64,000 nt of DNA from Somniosus microcephalus (lineage: Eukaryota): positions 183,272,001 through 183,336,000 of the forward strand of contig CM126207.1 of NCBI GenBank assembly GCA_052327205.1. The letters run 5' to 3'. The position numbers were made by a program, and so were the translations under genes. Below, one piece after another: positions 10,701 through 25,700 of this stretch; positions within the stretch are counted from its first letter, which is position 1; every line of letters begins with the position of its first letter. A model generated the notes under the pieces. The model had not been told where the DNA came from. It worked only from the letters and a program-made list of their open reading frames with translations, and did not search any database.

Positions 10701-13700
10701 CGATATAGAGACTGTCCAGTGTGGTCATTGCCTTGTATATAGACCGCCCGGTATAGAGACCACCCGGTGTGGGGACTGCCCGGTATAGAGACTGCCCGGT
10801 ATAGAGACTGCCCGGTATAGAGACTGCCCGGTATAGAGATTGCCCACTATATAGACTGCCCGGTAAAGAGACCATCTGGTGTGGGGACTGTCCTGTATAG
10901 AGACCGCCCAATATAGAGCACGCCTGGAATAGAGATGCCCAGTATAGAGACCGTCCGGTGTAGAATCCGCCTGGTATAGAGACCACCCTGTATAGAAAAC
11001 ACCCGGTATAGAGACAACCCGGCATAGAGACGGCCCAGTGTGGAGACCGCCCAGTATAGAGACTGCGTGATATAGCGTCCATCTGGTATAGAGAGCGTCC
11101 ACTATAGAGACAGTCCGGTTTAGGGAGCGCCCGGTATAGAGACCGCCCGATACAGAGACTGTCCGGTGTGGTCATTGCCTGGTATAGAGACTGCCCGGTA
11201 CAGAGACCGCCCTGTGTGGGGCCTGCCTGGTATAGAGAAGGCCAGGTGTGGGGACTGCCCAGTATAGAGTCTGCCCGGTATAGAGACTGCACCGTATGGA
11301 GACTGCCCGGTATAGAGATCGCCCGGGGTGGACACCGCCCGGTATAGTGACTGGCCAGTGTGGTCACCGCCCAGTATTGTGACTGCTCGGCATAGAGACC
11401 GCCCGGCATAGTGATCGCCCACTATAGAGACTGCATGGTATGGAGTCCATGTGGTGTGGAGAACGCCCGGTATAGGGACTGCCCGGTAGACTGCCCAGTG
11501 TGGAGACCGTCCGGTATACAGATTACCCGGTTTAGAGACTGCCCGCTATAGAGATTGCCCGGAGTGGACATTGCCTGGTATAGAGACTGCCCGGTATAGA
11601 GACCGCCCGGTGTGGAGACCGCCCGTTGTGGAGACCGCCCGGTGTGGAGACCACCTGGTGTGGAGACCGCCCGGTATGGAGATCGCCCGATATGGAGACT
11701 GCCCGGTATGGATACCGCCCGGTGTGGTCACCGCCCGGCATAGAGACCGCCCGGCATTGAGACTGCCCGGCATGGCGACCGCCTGGCGTGGAGACCGCAT
11801 GATATGGACACCGTCCGATATGGAGAGCGTCCGGTATAGAGACCGCCCGGTATAGGGACCACCCGGTTTATAGACTGCCCAGTGTGGAGACCGTCCGGTA
11901 TACAGTCCACCCGGTTTAGAGACCGCCCGGTGTGGAGACCGTCCGGTATACAGGCCACCCTGTTCAGAGACTGCCCGGAATAGAGATTGCCCGGAGTGGA
12001 CACGGCCCGGTATAGTGACTGTCAGGTGTGGTCACCACCGAGTATTGAGACTGCCCGGCATAGAGACCGCCCGGTCTAGAGATCACCCACTATAGAGACC
12101 GCACGGCATAGATTCCATCCGGTGTGGAGACTGTCCTGTAAAGAGACCGCCCAGTATAGGGACCGCACGCTTTAGGGACTGCCCAGTGTGGAGACCGTCC
12201 GGTATACAGACCACCCAGTTCAGAGACTGCCCGGTATAGAGGTTGCCCGGAGTGGACACCGCCCGGTATAGTGACTGTCCAGTGTGGTCACCACCCAGTA
12301 TTGAGACTGCCTGGCATAGAGACCACCCGGTATAGAGATTGCCCACTATAGAGACTGCACAGTATAGAGTCCATCCGGTGTGGAGCTTGTCCTGTATAGA
12401 GACCGCCCGGTATAGAGAGTGCCAGGAATAGAGATGCCCAGTATAGAGACCGTCCGGTGTAGAGTCCGCCTGGTATAGAGACCACCCGGCATAGAAAACA
12501 CCCGGTATAGAGACAACCCGGCATAGAGACTGCCCAGTGTGGAGACCGCCCAGTATAGAGACTGCCTGATATAGCGACCATCTGGTATAGAGAGCGTCCG
12601 CTGTAGAGAAAGCCCAGTATAGGGAGCGCCCGGTATAGAGACCGCCCGATATAGAGACTGTCCAGTGTGGTCATTGCCTTGTATATAGACCGCCCGGTAT
12701 AGAGACCGCCCGGTGTGGGGACTGCCCGGTATAGAGACTGCCCGGTATAGATACTGCCCGGTATAGAGATTGCCCACTATATAGACTGCCCGGTAAAGAG
12801 ACCATCTGGTGTGGGGACTGTCCTGTATAGAGACCGCCCAATATAGTGCGCGCCCAGAATAGAGATGCCCAGTATAGAGACCGTCCGGTGTAGAATCCGC
12901 CTGGTATAGAGACCACCCTGTATAGAAAACACCCGGTATAGAGACAACCCGGCATAGAGACGGCCCAGTGTGGAGACCGCCCAGTATAGAGACTGCGTGA
13001 TATAGCATCCATCTGGTATAGGGAGCGTCCACTATAGAGACAGTCCGGTTTAGGGAGCGCCCGGTATAGAGACCGCCCGATATAGAGACTGTCCGGTGTG
13101 GTCATTGCCTGGTATAGAGACTGCCCGGTACAGAGACTGCACCGTATGGAGACTGCCCGGTATAGAGATCGCCCGGGGTGGACACCGCCCGGTATAGTGA
13201 CTGGCCAGTGTGGTCACCGCCCAGTATTGTGACTGCTCGGCATAGAGACCGCCCGGCATAGTGATCGCCCACTATAGAGACTGCATGGTATGGAGTCCAT
13301 GTGGTGTGGAAAACGCCCGGTATAGGGACTGCCCGGTAGACTGCCCAGTGTGGAGACCGTCCGGTATACAGACTACCCGGTTTAGAGACTGCCCGGTATA
13401 GAGATTGCCCGGAGTGGACATTGCCTGGTATAGAGACTGCCCGGTATAGAGACCGCCCGGTGTGGGGACTGCCCGGTATAGAGACTGCCCAGTATAGAGA
13501 CTGCCCTGTATAGAGACTGCCCGGTATAGAGACTGCCCGGTATAGAGATTGCCCTCTATAGAGACCACCTGGTGTAGAGACCATCTGGTGTGGGGACTGT
13601 CCTGTATAGAGACCGCCCAATATAGGGCGCGCCCAGAATAGAGATGCCCAGTATAGAGACTGTCCGGTGTAGAGTCCCCAGCGTATCGAGATCACCCAAT

Positions 13701-16700
13701 ATAGAAAACACCTGGTATATAGACAACCCGGCATAGAGACGGCCCGGTGTGGAGACCGCCCAGTATAGAGACTGCCTGATATAGCGACTGTCTGGTATAG
13801 AGAGCATCTACTATAGAGACAGTCCGGTATAGGGAGCGCCCGGTATAGAGACCGCCTGATATAGAGACTGTCCGGTGTGGTCATTGCCTCGTATAGAGAC
13901 TGCCCGGCACAGAGACCGCCCGGTGTGGGGACTGCCTGGTATAGAGACAGCCCGGTGTGGGGACTGCCCCGTATAGAGTCTGCCCGGTATAGAGACTGCA
14001 CGGTATAGAGACTGCTCGGTATAGAGATCGCCCGGAGTGGACACCGCCCGGTATAGTGACTGTCCAGTGTGGTCACCGCCCAGTATTGAGACTGCTCGGC
14101 ATAGAGACCGCCCGGTATAGTGATCGCCCACTATAGAGACTGCATGGTATGGAGTCCATCAGGTGTGGAGACTGTCCTGTATAGAGACCGCCCGGTATAG
14201 GGACTGCCCGGTAGACTGCCCAGTGTGGAGACCGTCCGGTATACAGACTAAACAGTTTAGAGAATGCCCGGTATAGAGATTGCCCGGAGTGGACATTGCC
14301 TGGTATAGAGACTGCCCGGTATAGAGACCGCCCGGTGTGGGGACTGCCCGGTATAGAGACTGCCCAGTATAGAGACTGCCCGGTATAGAGACTGCCTGGT
14401 ATAGAGACTGCCCGGTATAGAGATTGCCCTCTATAGAGACCACCTGGTGTGGGAACTGTCCTGTATAGAGACCGCCCAATATAGAGCGTGCCCAGAATAG
14501 AGATGCCCAGTATAGAGACCATCCGGTGTAGATTCCACCTGGTATAGAGATCACCCGGTATAGAAAACACCCGGAATAGAGACAACCCAGCATAGAGAAA
14601 GTCCAGTGTGGAGACCGCCCAATATAGAGACTGCCTGATACAGCGACTGTCTGGTATAGAGAGCTTCCACTATAGAGAGAGCCCGGTATAGGGAGCACCC
14701 GGTACAGAGACCGCCCAATATAGAGACTGTCCGGTGTGGTCATTGCCTGGTATAGAGACTGCCCGGTGCAGATTCCGCCCGGTGTGGGGCTGCCCGGTAT
14801 AGAGACTGCCTGGTATACAGACCGCTCGGTGTAGAGAATGCTTGCTGTGGTGACCACCTGGTATAGAGAATGTCTGGCATATAGACATCCCATTGTGGAG
14901 ACCGTCCAGTATAGTGACCTTCTGATATAGAGACCACAAAGAAACAGCCCGGAGTGGAGACCGCCCGGTGTCGAGACCATCCGGTATAGAAACCGTCCGG
15001 TGAGAAGGCCATCTGGTATAGTGACCGCCCACTATAGTGACCGCCCGGCAAAGAGACCGCCCGGTGTGGAGCCCGCCCGGCGTGGAGACCGCCTGGCATG
15101 GAGACCGCCCGTTGTGGAGACCGCCCGGTGTGGAGACCACCTGGTGTGGAGACCGCCCGGTATGGAGATCGCCCGATATGGAGACCGCCCGGTATGGAGA
15201 CCGCCCGGTGTGGTCGCCGCCCGGCATAGAGACCGCCCGGCATTGAGACTGCCCGGCATGGCAACCGCCTGGTGTGGAGACCACCCGGCGTGGAGACCGC
15301 ATGATATGGACACCGTCCGATATAGAGGGCGTCCGGTACAGAGACCGCCCGGTATAGGGACCACCCGGTGTGGGGACTGCCCGGTATAGAGACTGCCCAG
15401 TATAGAGACTGCCCGGTATAGAGACTGCCTGGTATAGAGACTGCCCGGTATAGAGATTGCCCTCTATAGAGACCACCTGGTGTGGGAACTGTCCTGTATA
15501 GAGACCGCCCAATATAGAGCGTGCCCAGAATAGAGATGCCCAGTATAGAGACCATCCGGTGTAGATTCCACCTGGTATAGAGATCAGCCGGTATAGAAAA
15601 CACCCGGAATAGAGACAACCCAGCATAGAGAAAGTCCAGTGTGGAGACCGCCCAATATAGAGACTGCCTGATACAGCGACTGTCTGGTATAGAGAGCTTC
15701 CACTATAGAGAGAGCCCGGTATAGGGAGCACCCGGTACAGAGACCGCCCAATATAGACTGTCCGGTGTGGTCATTGCCTGGTATAGAGACTGCCCGGTGC
15801 AGATTCCGCCCGGTGTGGGGCTGCCCGGTATAGAGACTGCCTGGTATACAGACCGCTCGGTGTAGAGAATGCTTGCTGTGGTGACCACCTGGTATAGAGA
15901 ATGTCTGGCATATAGACATCCCATTGTGGAGACCGTCCAGTATAGTGACCTTCTGATATAGAGACCACAAAGAAACAGCCCGGAGTGGAGACCGCCCGGT
16001 GTCGAGACCGTCCGGTATAGAAACCGTCCGGTGAGAAGGCCATCCGGTATAGTGACCGCCCACTATAGTGACCGCCCGGCAAAGAGACCGCCCGGTGTGG
16101 AGCCCGCCCGGCGTGGAGACCGCCTGGCATGGAGACCGCCCGTTGTGGAGACCGCCCGGTGTGGAGACCACCTGGTGTGGAGACCGCCCGGTATGGAGAT
16201 CGCCCGATATGGAGACCGCCCGGTATGGAGACCGCCCGGTGTGGTCGCCGCCCGGCATAGAGACCGCCCGGCATTGAGACTGCCCGGCATGGCAACCGCC
16301 TGGCGTGGAGACCACCCGGCGTGGAGACCGCATGATATGGACACCGTCCGATATAGAGGGCGTCCGGTACAGAGACCGCCCGGTATAGGGACCACCCGGT
16401 TTATAGACTGCCCAGTGTGGAGACCGTCCGGTATACAGGCCACCCGGTTTAGAGACCGCCCGGTGTGGAGACCGTCCGGTATACAGACCACCCGGCTCAG
16501 AGACTTCCCGGTATAGAGATTGCCCGGAGTGGACAAGGCCCGGTATAGTGACTCTCCGGTGTGGTCACCACCGAGTATTGAGACTGCCCGTCATAGAGAC
16601 TGCCCGGTATAGAGATCACCCACTATAGAGACCGCACGGCATAGATTCCATCCGGTGTGGAGACTGTCCTGTAAAGAGACCGCCCGGTATAGGGACCGCC

Positions 16701-19700
16701 CGCTTTAGGGACTGCCCAGTGTGGAGACCGTCCGGTATACAGACCACCCAGTTCAGAGACTTCCCGGTATAGATGTTGCCCGGAGTGGACACCGCCCGGT
16801 ATAGTGACTGTCCAGTGTGGTCACCACCCAGTATTGAGACTGCCTGGCATAGAGACCACCCGGTATAGAGATTGCCCACTATAGAGACTGCACAGTATAG
16901 AGTCGATCCGGTGTGGAGCTTGTCCTGTATAGAGACCGCCCGGTATAGAGAGTGCCAGGAATAGAGATGCCCAGTATAGAGACCGTCCGGTGTAGAGTCC
17001 GCCTGGTATAGAGACCACCCGGCATAGAAAACACCCGGTATAGAGACAACCCGGAATAGAGACTGCCCAGTGTGCAGACCGCCCAGTATAGAGATTGCCT
17101 GATATAACGACCATCTGGGATAGAGAGCGTCCGCTGTAGAGAAAGCCCAGTATAGGGTGTGCCCGGTATAGAGACCGCCCGATATAGAGACTGTCCGGTG
17201 TGGTCATTTTCTTGTATATAGACCGCCTGATATAGAGACCGCCCGGTGTGGGGACTGCCCGGTATAGAGACTGCCCGGTATAGAGACTGCCCGGTATAGA
17301 GACTGCCCAGTATAGAGATTGCCCACTATATAGACCGCCCGGTAAAGAGACCATCCGGTGTGGGGACTGTCCTGTATAGAGACTGCCCAATATAGAGCGC
17401 GCCCAGAATAGAGATGCCCAGTAGAGAGACCGTCCAGTGTAGAGTCCGCCTGGTGTAGAGACCACCCAGTATAGAAAACACCTGGTATAGAGACAACCCG
17501 GCATAGAGACGGCCCGGTGTGGAGACCGCCCAGTATAGAGACTGCCTGATATAGTGACCGTCTGGTATAGAGAGCGTCCACTATAGAGACAGTCCGGTAT
17601 AGGGAGCGCCCGGTATAGAGACCGCCCGATATAGAAACTGTCCGGTGTGGTCATTGCCTCGTATAGAGACTGCCCGGTACAGAGACCGCCCGGTGTGGGG
17701 ACTGCCTGGTATAGAGACAGCCCGGTGTGGGGACTGCCCAGTATAGAGTCTGCCCGGTATAGAGACTGCACGGTATAGAGACTGCTCGGTAGAGAGATCG
17801 CCCGGAGTGGACGCCGCCCGGTATAGTGACTGTCCAGTGTGGTCACCGCCCAGTATTGAGACTGCTCGGCATAGAGACCGCCCGGTATAGTGATCGCCCA
17901 CTATAGAGACTGCATGTTATGGAGTCCATCAGGTGTGGAGACTGTCCTGTATAGAGACCGCCCTGTATAGGGACTGCCCGGTAGACTGCCCAGTGTGGAG
18001 ACCACCCGGTATACAGACTACACAGTTTAGAGAATGCCCGGTATAGAGATTGCCCGGAGTGGACATTGCCTGGTATAGAGACTGCCCGGTATAGAGACCG
18101 CCCGGTGTGGGGACTGCCCGGTATAGAGACTGCCCAGTATAGAGACTGCCCGGTATAGAGACTGCCCGGTATAGAGACTGCCCGGTATAGAGATTGCCCT
18201 CTATAGAGACCACCTGGTGTAGAGACCATCTGGTGCGGGGACTGTCCTGTATAGAGACTGCCCAATATAGAGCGTGCCCAGAATAGAGATGCCCAGTTTA
18301 GAGACCATCCGGTGTAGAGTCCGCCTTGTATAGAGACCACCCGGTATAGAAAACACCCAGAATAGAGACAACACAGCATAGAGAATGTCCAGTGTGGAGA
18401 CCGCCCAGTATAGGGACTGCCTGATACAGCGACTGTCTGGTCTAGAGAGCTTCCACTATAGAGAGAGCCCGGTATAGGGAGCACCCGGTATAGAGGCCGC
18501 CCGATATAGAGACTGTCCGGTGTGGTCATTGCATGGTATAGAGACTGCCCGGTACAGATTCCGCCCGGTGTGGGGCTGCCCGGTATAGAGGCTGCCTGGT
18601 ATAGAGACCACTCGGTGTAGAGAATGCTTGCTGTGGTGACCACCTGGTATGGAGAATGTCTGGCATATAGACATCCCATTGTGGAGACCGTCCAGTATAG
18701 TGACCTTCTTTTATAGAGACCACAAAGAAACAGCCCGGAGTGGAGACCGCCCGGTGTCGAGACCGTCCGGTATAGAAACCGTCCAGTGAGAAGGCCATCT
18801 GGTATAGTGACCGCCCAGTATAGTGACCGCCCGGCATAGAGACCGCCCGGTGTGGAGCCCGCCCGGCGTGGAGACCGCCTGGCGTGGAGACCGCCCGTTG
18901 TGGAGACCGCCCGGTGTGGAGACCACCTGGTGTGGAGACCGCCCGGTATGGAGATCGCCCGATATGGAGACCGCCCGGTATGGAGACCGCCCGGTGTGGT
19001 CACCGCCCGGCATAGAGACCGCCCGGAATTGAGACTGCCCGGCATGGCGCCCGCCTGGCGTGGAGACCGCATGATATGGACACCGTCCGATATAGAGAGC
19101 GTCCGGTATAGAGACCGCCCGTTATAGGGACCACCCGGTTTATAGACTGCCCAGTGTGGAGACCGTCCGGTATACAGTCCACCCGGTTTAGAGACCGCCC
19201 GGTGTGGAGACCGTCCGGTATACAGACCACCCTGTTCAGAGACTGCCCGGTATAGAGATTGCCCGGAGTGGACACGGCCCAGTATAGTGACTGTCCGGTG
19301 TGGTCACCACCGAGTATTGAGACTGCCCGGCATAGAGACCGCCCGGTATAGAGATCACCCACTATAGAGACCGCACGGCATAGATTCCATCCGGTGTGGA
19401 GACTGTCCTGTAAAGAGACCGCCCAGTATAGGGACCGCCCGCTTTAGGGACTGCCCAGTGTGGAGACCGTCCGGTATACAGACCACCCAGTTCAGAGACT
19501 GCCCGGTATAGAGGTTGCCCGGAGTGGACACCGCCCGGTATAGTGACTGTCCAGTGTAGTCACCACCCAGTATTGAGACTGCCTGGCATAGAGACCACCC
19601 GGTATAGAGATTGCCCACTATAGAGACTGCACAGTATAGAGTCCATCCGGTGTGGAGCTTGTCCTGTATAGAGACCGCCCGGTATAGAGAGTGCCAGGAA

Positions 19701-22700
19701 TAGAGATGCCCAGTATAGAGACCGTCCGGTGTAGAGTCCGCCTGGTATAGAGACCACCCGGCATAGAAAACACCCGGTATAGAGACAACCCGGCATAGAG
19801 ACTGCCCAGTGTGGAGACCGCCCAGTATAGAGACTGCCTGATATAGCGACCATCTGGTATAGAGAGCGTCCACTGTAGAGAAAGCCCAGTATAGGGAGCG
19901 CCCTGTATAGAGACCGCCCGATATAGAGACTGTCCAGTGTGGTCATTGCCTTGTATATAGACCGCCCGGTATAGAGACCGCCCGGTGTGGGGACTGCCCG
20001 GTATAGAGACTGCCCGGTATAGAGACTGCCCGGTATAGAGACTGCCCGGTATAGAGATTGCCCACTATATAGACTGCCCGGTAAAGAGACCATCTGGTGT
20101 GGGGACTGTCCTGTATAGAGACCGCCCAATATAGAGCGCGCCCAGAATAGAGATGCCCAGTATAGAGACCGTCCGGTGTAGAATCCGCCTGGTATAGAGA
20201 CCACCCTGTATAGAAAACACCTGGTATAGAGACAACCCGGCATAGAGACGGCCCAGTGTGGAGACCGCCCAGTATAGAGACTGCGTGATATAGCGTCCAT
20301 CTGGTATAGAGAGCGTCCACTATAGAGACAGTCCGGTTTAGGGAGCGCCCGGTATAGAGACCGCCCGATATAGAGACTGTCCGGTGTGGTCATTGCCTGG
20401 TATAGAGACTGCCCGGTACAGAGACCGCCCTGTGTGGGGCCTGCCTGGTATAGAGAAGGCCAGGTGTGGGGACTGCCCAGTATAGAGTCTGCCCGGTATA
20501 GAGACTGCACCGTATGGAGACTGCCCGGTATAGAGATCGCCCGGGGTGGACACCGCCCGGTATAGTGACTGGCCAGTGTGGTCACCGCCCAGTATTGTGA
20601 CTGCTCGGCATAGAGACCACCCGGCATAGTGATCGCCCACTATAGAGACTGCATGGTATGGAGTCCATGTGGTGTGGAGAACGCCCGGTATAGGGACTGC
20701 CCGGTAGACTGCCCAGTGTGGAGACCGTCCGGTATACAGATTACCCGGTTTAGAGACTGCCCGCTATAGAGATTGCCCGGAGTGGACATTGCCTGGTATA
20801 GAGACTGCCCGGTATAGAGACCGCCCGGTGTGGAGACCGCCCGTTGTGGAGACCGCCCGGTGTGGAGACCACCTGGTGTGGAGACCGCCCGGTATGGAGA
20901 TCGCCCGATATGGAGACTGCCCGGTATGGAGACCGCCCGGTGTGGTCACCGCCCGGCATAGAGACCGCCCGGCATTGAGACTGCCCGGCATGGCGACCGC
21001 CTGGCGTGGAGACCGCATGATATGGACACCGTCCGATATGGAGAGCGTCCGGTATAGAGACCGCCCGGTATAGGGACCACCCGGTTTATAGACTGCCCAG
21101 TGTGGAGACCGTCCGGTATACAGTCCACCCGGTTTAGAGACCGCCCGGTGTGGAGACCGTCCGGTATACAGGCCACCCTGTTCAGAGACTGCCCGGTATA
21201 GAGATTGCCCGGAGTGGACACGGCCCGGTATAGTGACTGTCAGGTGTGGTCACCACCGAGTATTGAGACTGCCCGGCATAGAGACCGCCCGGTCTAGAGA
21301 TCACCCACTATAGAGACCGCACGGCATAGATTCCATCCGGTGTGGAGACTGTCCTGTAAAGAGACCGCCCAATATAGGGACCGCACGCTTTAGGGACTGC
21401 CCAGTGTGGAGACCGTCCGGTATACAGACCACCCAGTTCAGAGACTGCCCGGTATAGAGGTTGCCCGGAGTGGACACCGCCCTGTATAGTGACTGTCCAG
21501 TGTGGTCACCACCCAATATTGAGACTGCCTGGCATAGAGACCACCCGGTATAGAGATTGCCCACTATAGAGACTGCACAGTATAGAGTCCATCCGGTGTG
21601 GAGCTTGTCCTGTATAGAGACCGCCCGGTATAGAGAGTGCCAGGAATAGAGATGCCCAGTATAGAGACCGTCCGGTGTAGAGTCCGCCTGGTATAGAGAC
21701 CACCCGGCATAGAAAACACCCGGTATAGAGACAACCCAGCATAGAGACTGCCCAGTGTGGAGACCGCCCAGTATAGAGACTGCCTGATATAGCGACCATC
21801 TGGTATAGAGAGCGTCCGCTGTAGAGAAAGCCCAGTATAGGGAGCGCCCGGTATAGAGACCGCCCGATATAGAGACTGTCCAGTGTGGTCATTGCCTTGT
21901 ATATAGACCGCCGGTATAGAGACCGCCCGGTGTGGGGACTGCCCGGTATAGAGACTGCCCGGTATAGAGACTGCCCGGTATAGATACTGCCCGGTATAGA
22001 GATTGCCCACTATATAGACTGCCCGGTAAAGAGACCATCTGGTGTGGGGACTGTCCTGTATAGAGACCGCCCAATATAGTGCGCGCCCAGAATAGAGATG
22101 CCCAGTATAGAGACCGTCCGGTGTAGAATCCGCCTGGTATAGAGACCACCCTGTATAGAAAACACCCGGTATAGAGACAACCCGGCATAGAGACGGCCCA
22201 GTGTGGAGACCGCCCAGTATAGAGACTGCATGATATAGCATCCATCTGGTATAGGGAGCGTCCACTATAGAGACAGTCCGGTTTAGGGAGCGCCCGGTAT
22301 AGAGACCGCCCGATATAGAGACTGTCCGGTGTGGTCATTGCCTGGTATAGAGACTGCCCGGTACAGAGACCGCCCTGTGTGGGGCCTGCCTGGTATAGAG
22401 ACGGCCAGGTGTGGGGACTGCCCAGTATAGAGTCTGCCCGGTATAGAGACTGCACCGTATGGAGACTGCCCGGTATAGAGATCGCCCGGGGTGGACACCG
22501 CCCGGTATAGTGACTGGCCAGTGTGGTCACCGCCCAATATTGTGACTGCTCGGCATAGAGACCGCCCGGCATAGTGATCGCCCACTATAGAGACTGCATG
22601 GTATGGAGTCCATGTGGTGTGGAAAACGCCCGGTATAGGGACTGCCCGGTAGACTGCCCAGTGTGGAGACCGTCCGGTATACAGACTACCCGGTTTAGAG

Positions 22701-25700
22701 ACTGCCCGGTATAGAGATTGCCCGGAGTGGACATTGCCTGGTATAGAGACTGCCCGGTATAGAGACCGCCTGGTGTGGGGACTGCCCGGTATAGAGACTG
22801 CCCAGTATAGAGACTGCCCTGTATAGAGACTGCCCGGTATAGAGACTGCCCGGTATAGAGATTGCCCTCTATAGAGACCACCTGGTGTAGAGACCATCTG
22901 GTGTGGGGACTGTCCTGTATAGAGACCGCCCAATATAGGGCGCGCCCAGAATAGAGATGCCCAGTATAGAGACTGTCCGGTGTAGAGTCCCCAGCGTATC
23001 GAGATCACCCAATATAGAAAACACCTGGTATAGAGACAACCCGGCATAGAGACGGCCCGGTGTGGAGACCGCCCAGTATAGAGACTGCCTGATATAGCGA
23101 CTGTCTGGTATAGAGAGCGTCTACTATAGAGACAGTCCGGTATAGGGAGCGCCCGGTATAGAGACCGCCTGATATAGAGACTGCCTGATATAGAGACTCT
23201 CCGGTGTGGTCATTGCCTCGTATAGAGACTGCCCGGCACAGAGACCGCCCGGTGTGGGGACTGCCTGGTATAGAGACAGCCCGGTGTGGGGACTGCCCCG
23301 TATAGAGTCTGCCCGGTATAGAGACTGCACGGTATAGAGACTGCTCGGTATAGAGATCGCCCGGAGTGGACACCGCCCGGTATAGTGACTGTCCAGTGTG
23401 GTCACCGCCCAGTATTGAGACTGCTCGGCATAGAGACCGCCCGGTATAGTGATCGCCCACTATAGAGACTGCATGGTATGGAGTCCATCAGGTGTGGAGA
23501 CTGTCCTGTATAGAGACCGCCCGGTATAGGGACTGCCCGGTAGACTGCCCAGTGTGGAGACCGTCCGGTATACAGACTACACAGTTTAGAGAATGCCCGG
23601 TATAGAGATTGCCCGGAGTGGACATTGCCTGGTATAGAGACTGCCCGGTATAGAGACCGCCCGGTGTGGGGACTGCCCGGTATAGAGACTGCCCAGTATA
23701 GAGACTGCCCGGTATAGAGACTGCCTGGTATAGAGACTGCCCGGTATAGAGATTGCCCTCTATAGAGACCACCTGGTGTGGGAACTGTCCTGTATAGAGA
23801 CCGCCCAATATAGAGCATGCCCAGAATAGAGATGCCCAGTAAAGAGACCATCCGGTGTAGATTCCACCTGGTATAGAGATCACCCGGTATAGAAAACACC
23901 CGGAATAGAGACAACCCAGCATAGAGAAAGTCCAGTGTGGAGACCGCCCAATATAGAGACTGCCTGATACAGCGACTGTCTGGTATAGAGAGCTTCCACT
24001 ATAGAGAGAGCCCGGTATAGGGAGCACCCGGTACAGAGACCGCCCAATATAGAGACTGTCCGGTGTGGTCATTGCCTGGTATAGAGACTGCCCGGTGCAG
24101 ATTCCGCCCAGTGTGGGGCTGCCCGGTATACAGACTGCCTGGTATACAGACCGCTCGGTGTAGAGAATGCTTGCTGTGGTGACCACCTGGTATAGAGAAT
24201 GTCTGGCATATAGACATCCCATTGTGGAGACCGTCCAGTATAGTGACCTTCTGATATAGAGACCACAAAGAAACAGCCCGGAGTGGAGACCGCCCGGTGT
24301 CGAGACCGTCCGGTATAGAAACCGTCCGGTGAGAAGGCCATCTGGTATAGTGACCGCCCACTATAGTGACCGCCCGGCAAAGAGACCGCCCGGTGTGGAG
24401 CCCGCCCGGCGTGGAGACCGCCTGGCATGGAGACCGCCCGTTGTGGAGACCGCCCGGTGTGGAGACCACCTGGTGTGGAGACCGCCCGGTATGGAGATCG
24501 CTCGATATGGAGACCGCCCGGTATGGAGTCCGCCCGGTGTGGTCGCCGCCCGGCATACAGACCGCCCGGCATTGAGACTGCCCGGCATGGCAACCGCCTG
24601 GTGTGGAGACCACCCGGCGTGGAGACCGCATGATATGGACACCGTCCGATATAGAGGGCGTCCGGTACAGAGACCGCCCGGTATAGGGACCACCCGGTGT
24701 GGGGACTGCCCGGTATAGAGACTGCCCAGTATAGAGACTGCCCGGTATAGAGACTGCCTGGTATAGAGACTGCCCGGTATAGAGATTGCCCTCTATAGAG
24801 ACCACCTGGTGTGGGAACTGTCCTGTATAGAGACCGCCCAATATAGAGCGTGCCCAGAATAGAGATGCCCAGTATAGAGACCATCCGGTGTAGATTCCAC
24901 CGGGTATAGAGATCAGCCGGTATAGAAAACACCCGGAATAGAGACAACCCAGCATAGAGAAAGTCCAGTGTGGAGACCGCCCAATATAGAGACTGCCTGA
25001 TACAGCGACTGTCTGGTATAGAGAGCTTCCACTATAGAGAGAGCCCGGTATAGGGAGCACCCGGTATAGAGACCGCCCAATATAGAGACTGTCCGGTGTG
25101 GTCATTGCCTGGTATAGAGACTGCCCGGTGCAGATTCCGCCCGGTGTGGGGCTGCCCGGTATAGAGACTGCCTGGTATACAGACCGCTCGGTGTAGAGAA
25201 TGCTTGCTGTGGTGACCACCTGGTATAGAGAATGTCTGGCATATAGACATCCCATTGTGGAGACCGTCCAGTATAGTGACCTTCTGATATAGAGACCACA
25301 AAGAAACAGCCCGGAGTGGAGACCGCCCGGTGTCGAGACCGTCCGGTATAGAAACCATCCGGTGAGAAGGCCATCCGGTATAGTGACCGCCCACTATAGT
25401 GACCGCCCGGCAAAGAGACCGCCCGGTGTGGAGCCCGCCCGGCGTGGAGACCGCCTGGCATGGAGACCGCCCGTTGTGGAGGCCGCCCGGTGTGGAGACC
25501 ACCTGGTGTGGAGACCGCCCGGTATGGAGATCGCCCGATATGAAGACCGCCCGGTATGGAGACCGCCCGGTGTGGTCGCCGCCCGGCATAGAGACCGCCC
25601 GGCATTGAGACTGCCCGGCATGGCAACCGCCTGGCGTGGAGACCACCCGGCGTGGAGACTGCATGATATGGACACCGTCCGATATAGAGGGCGTCCGGTA

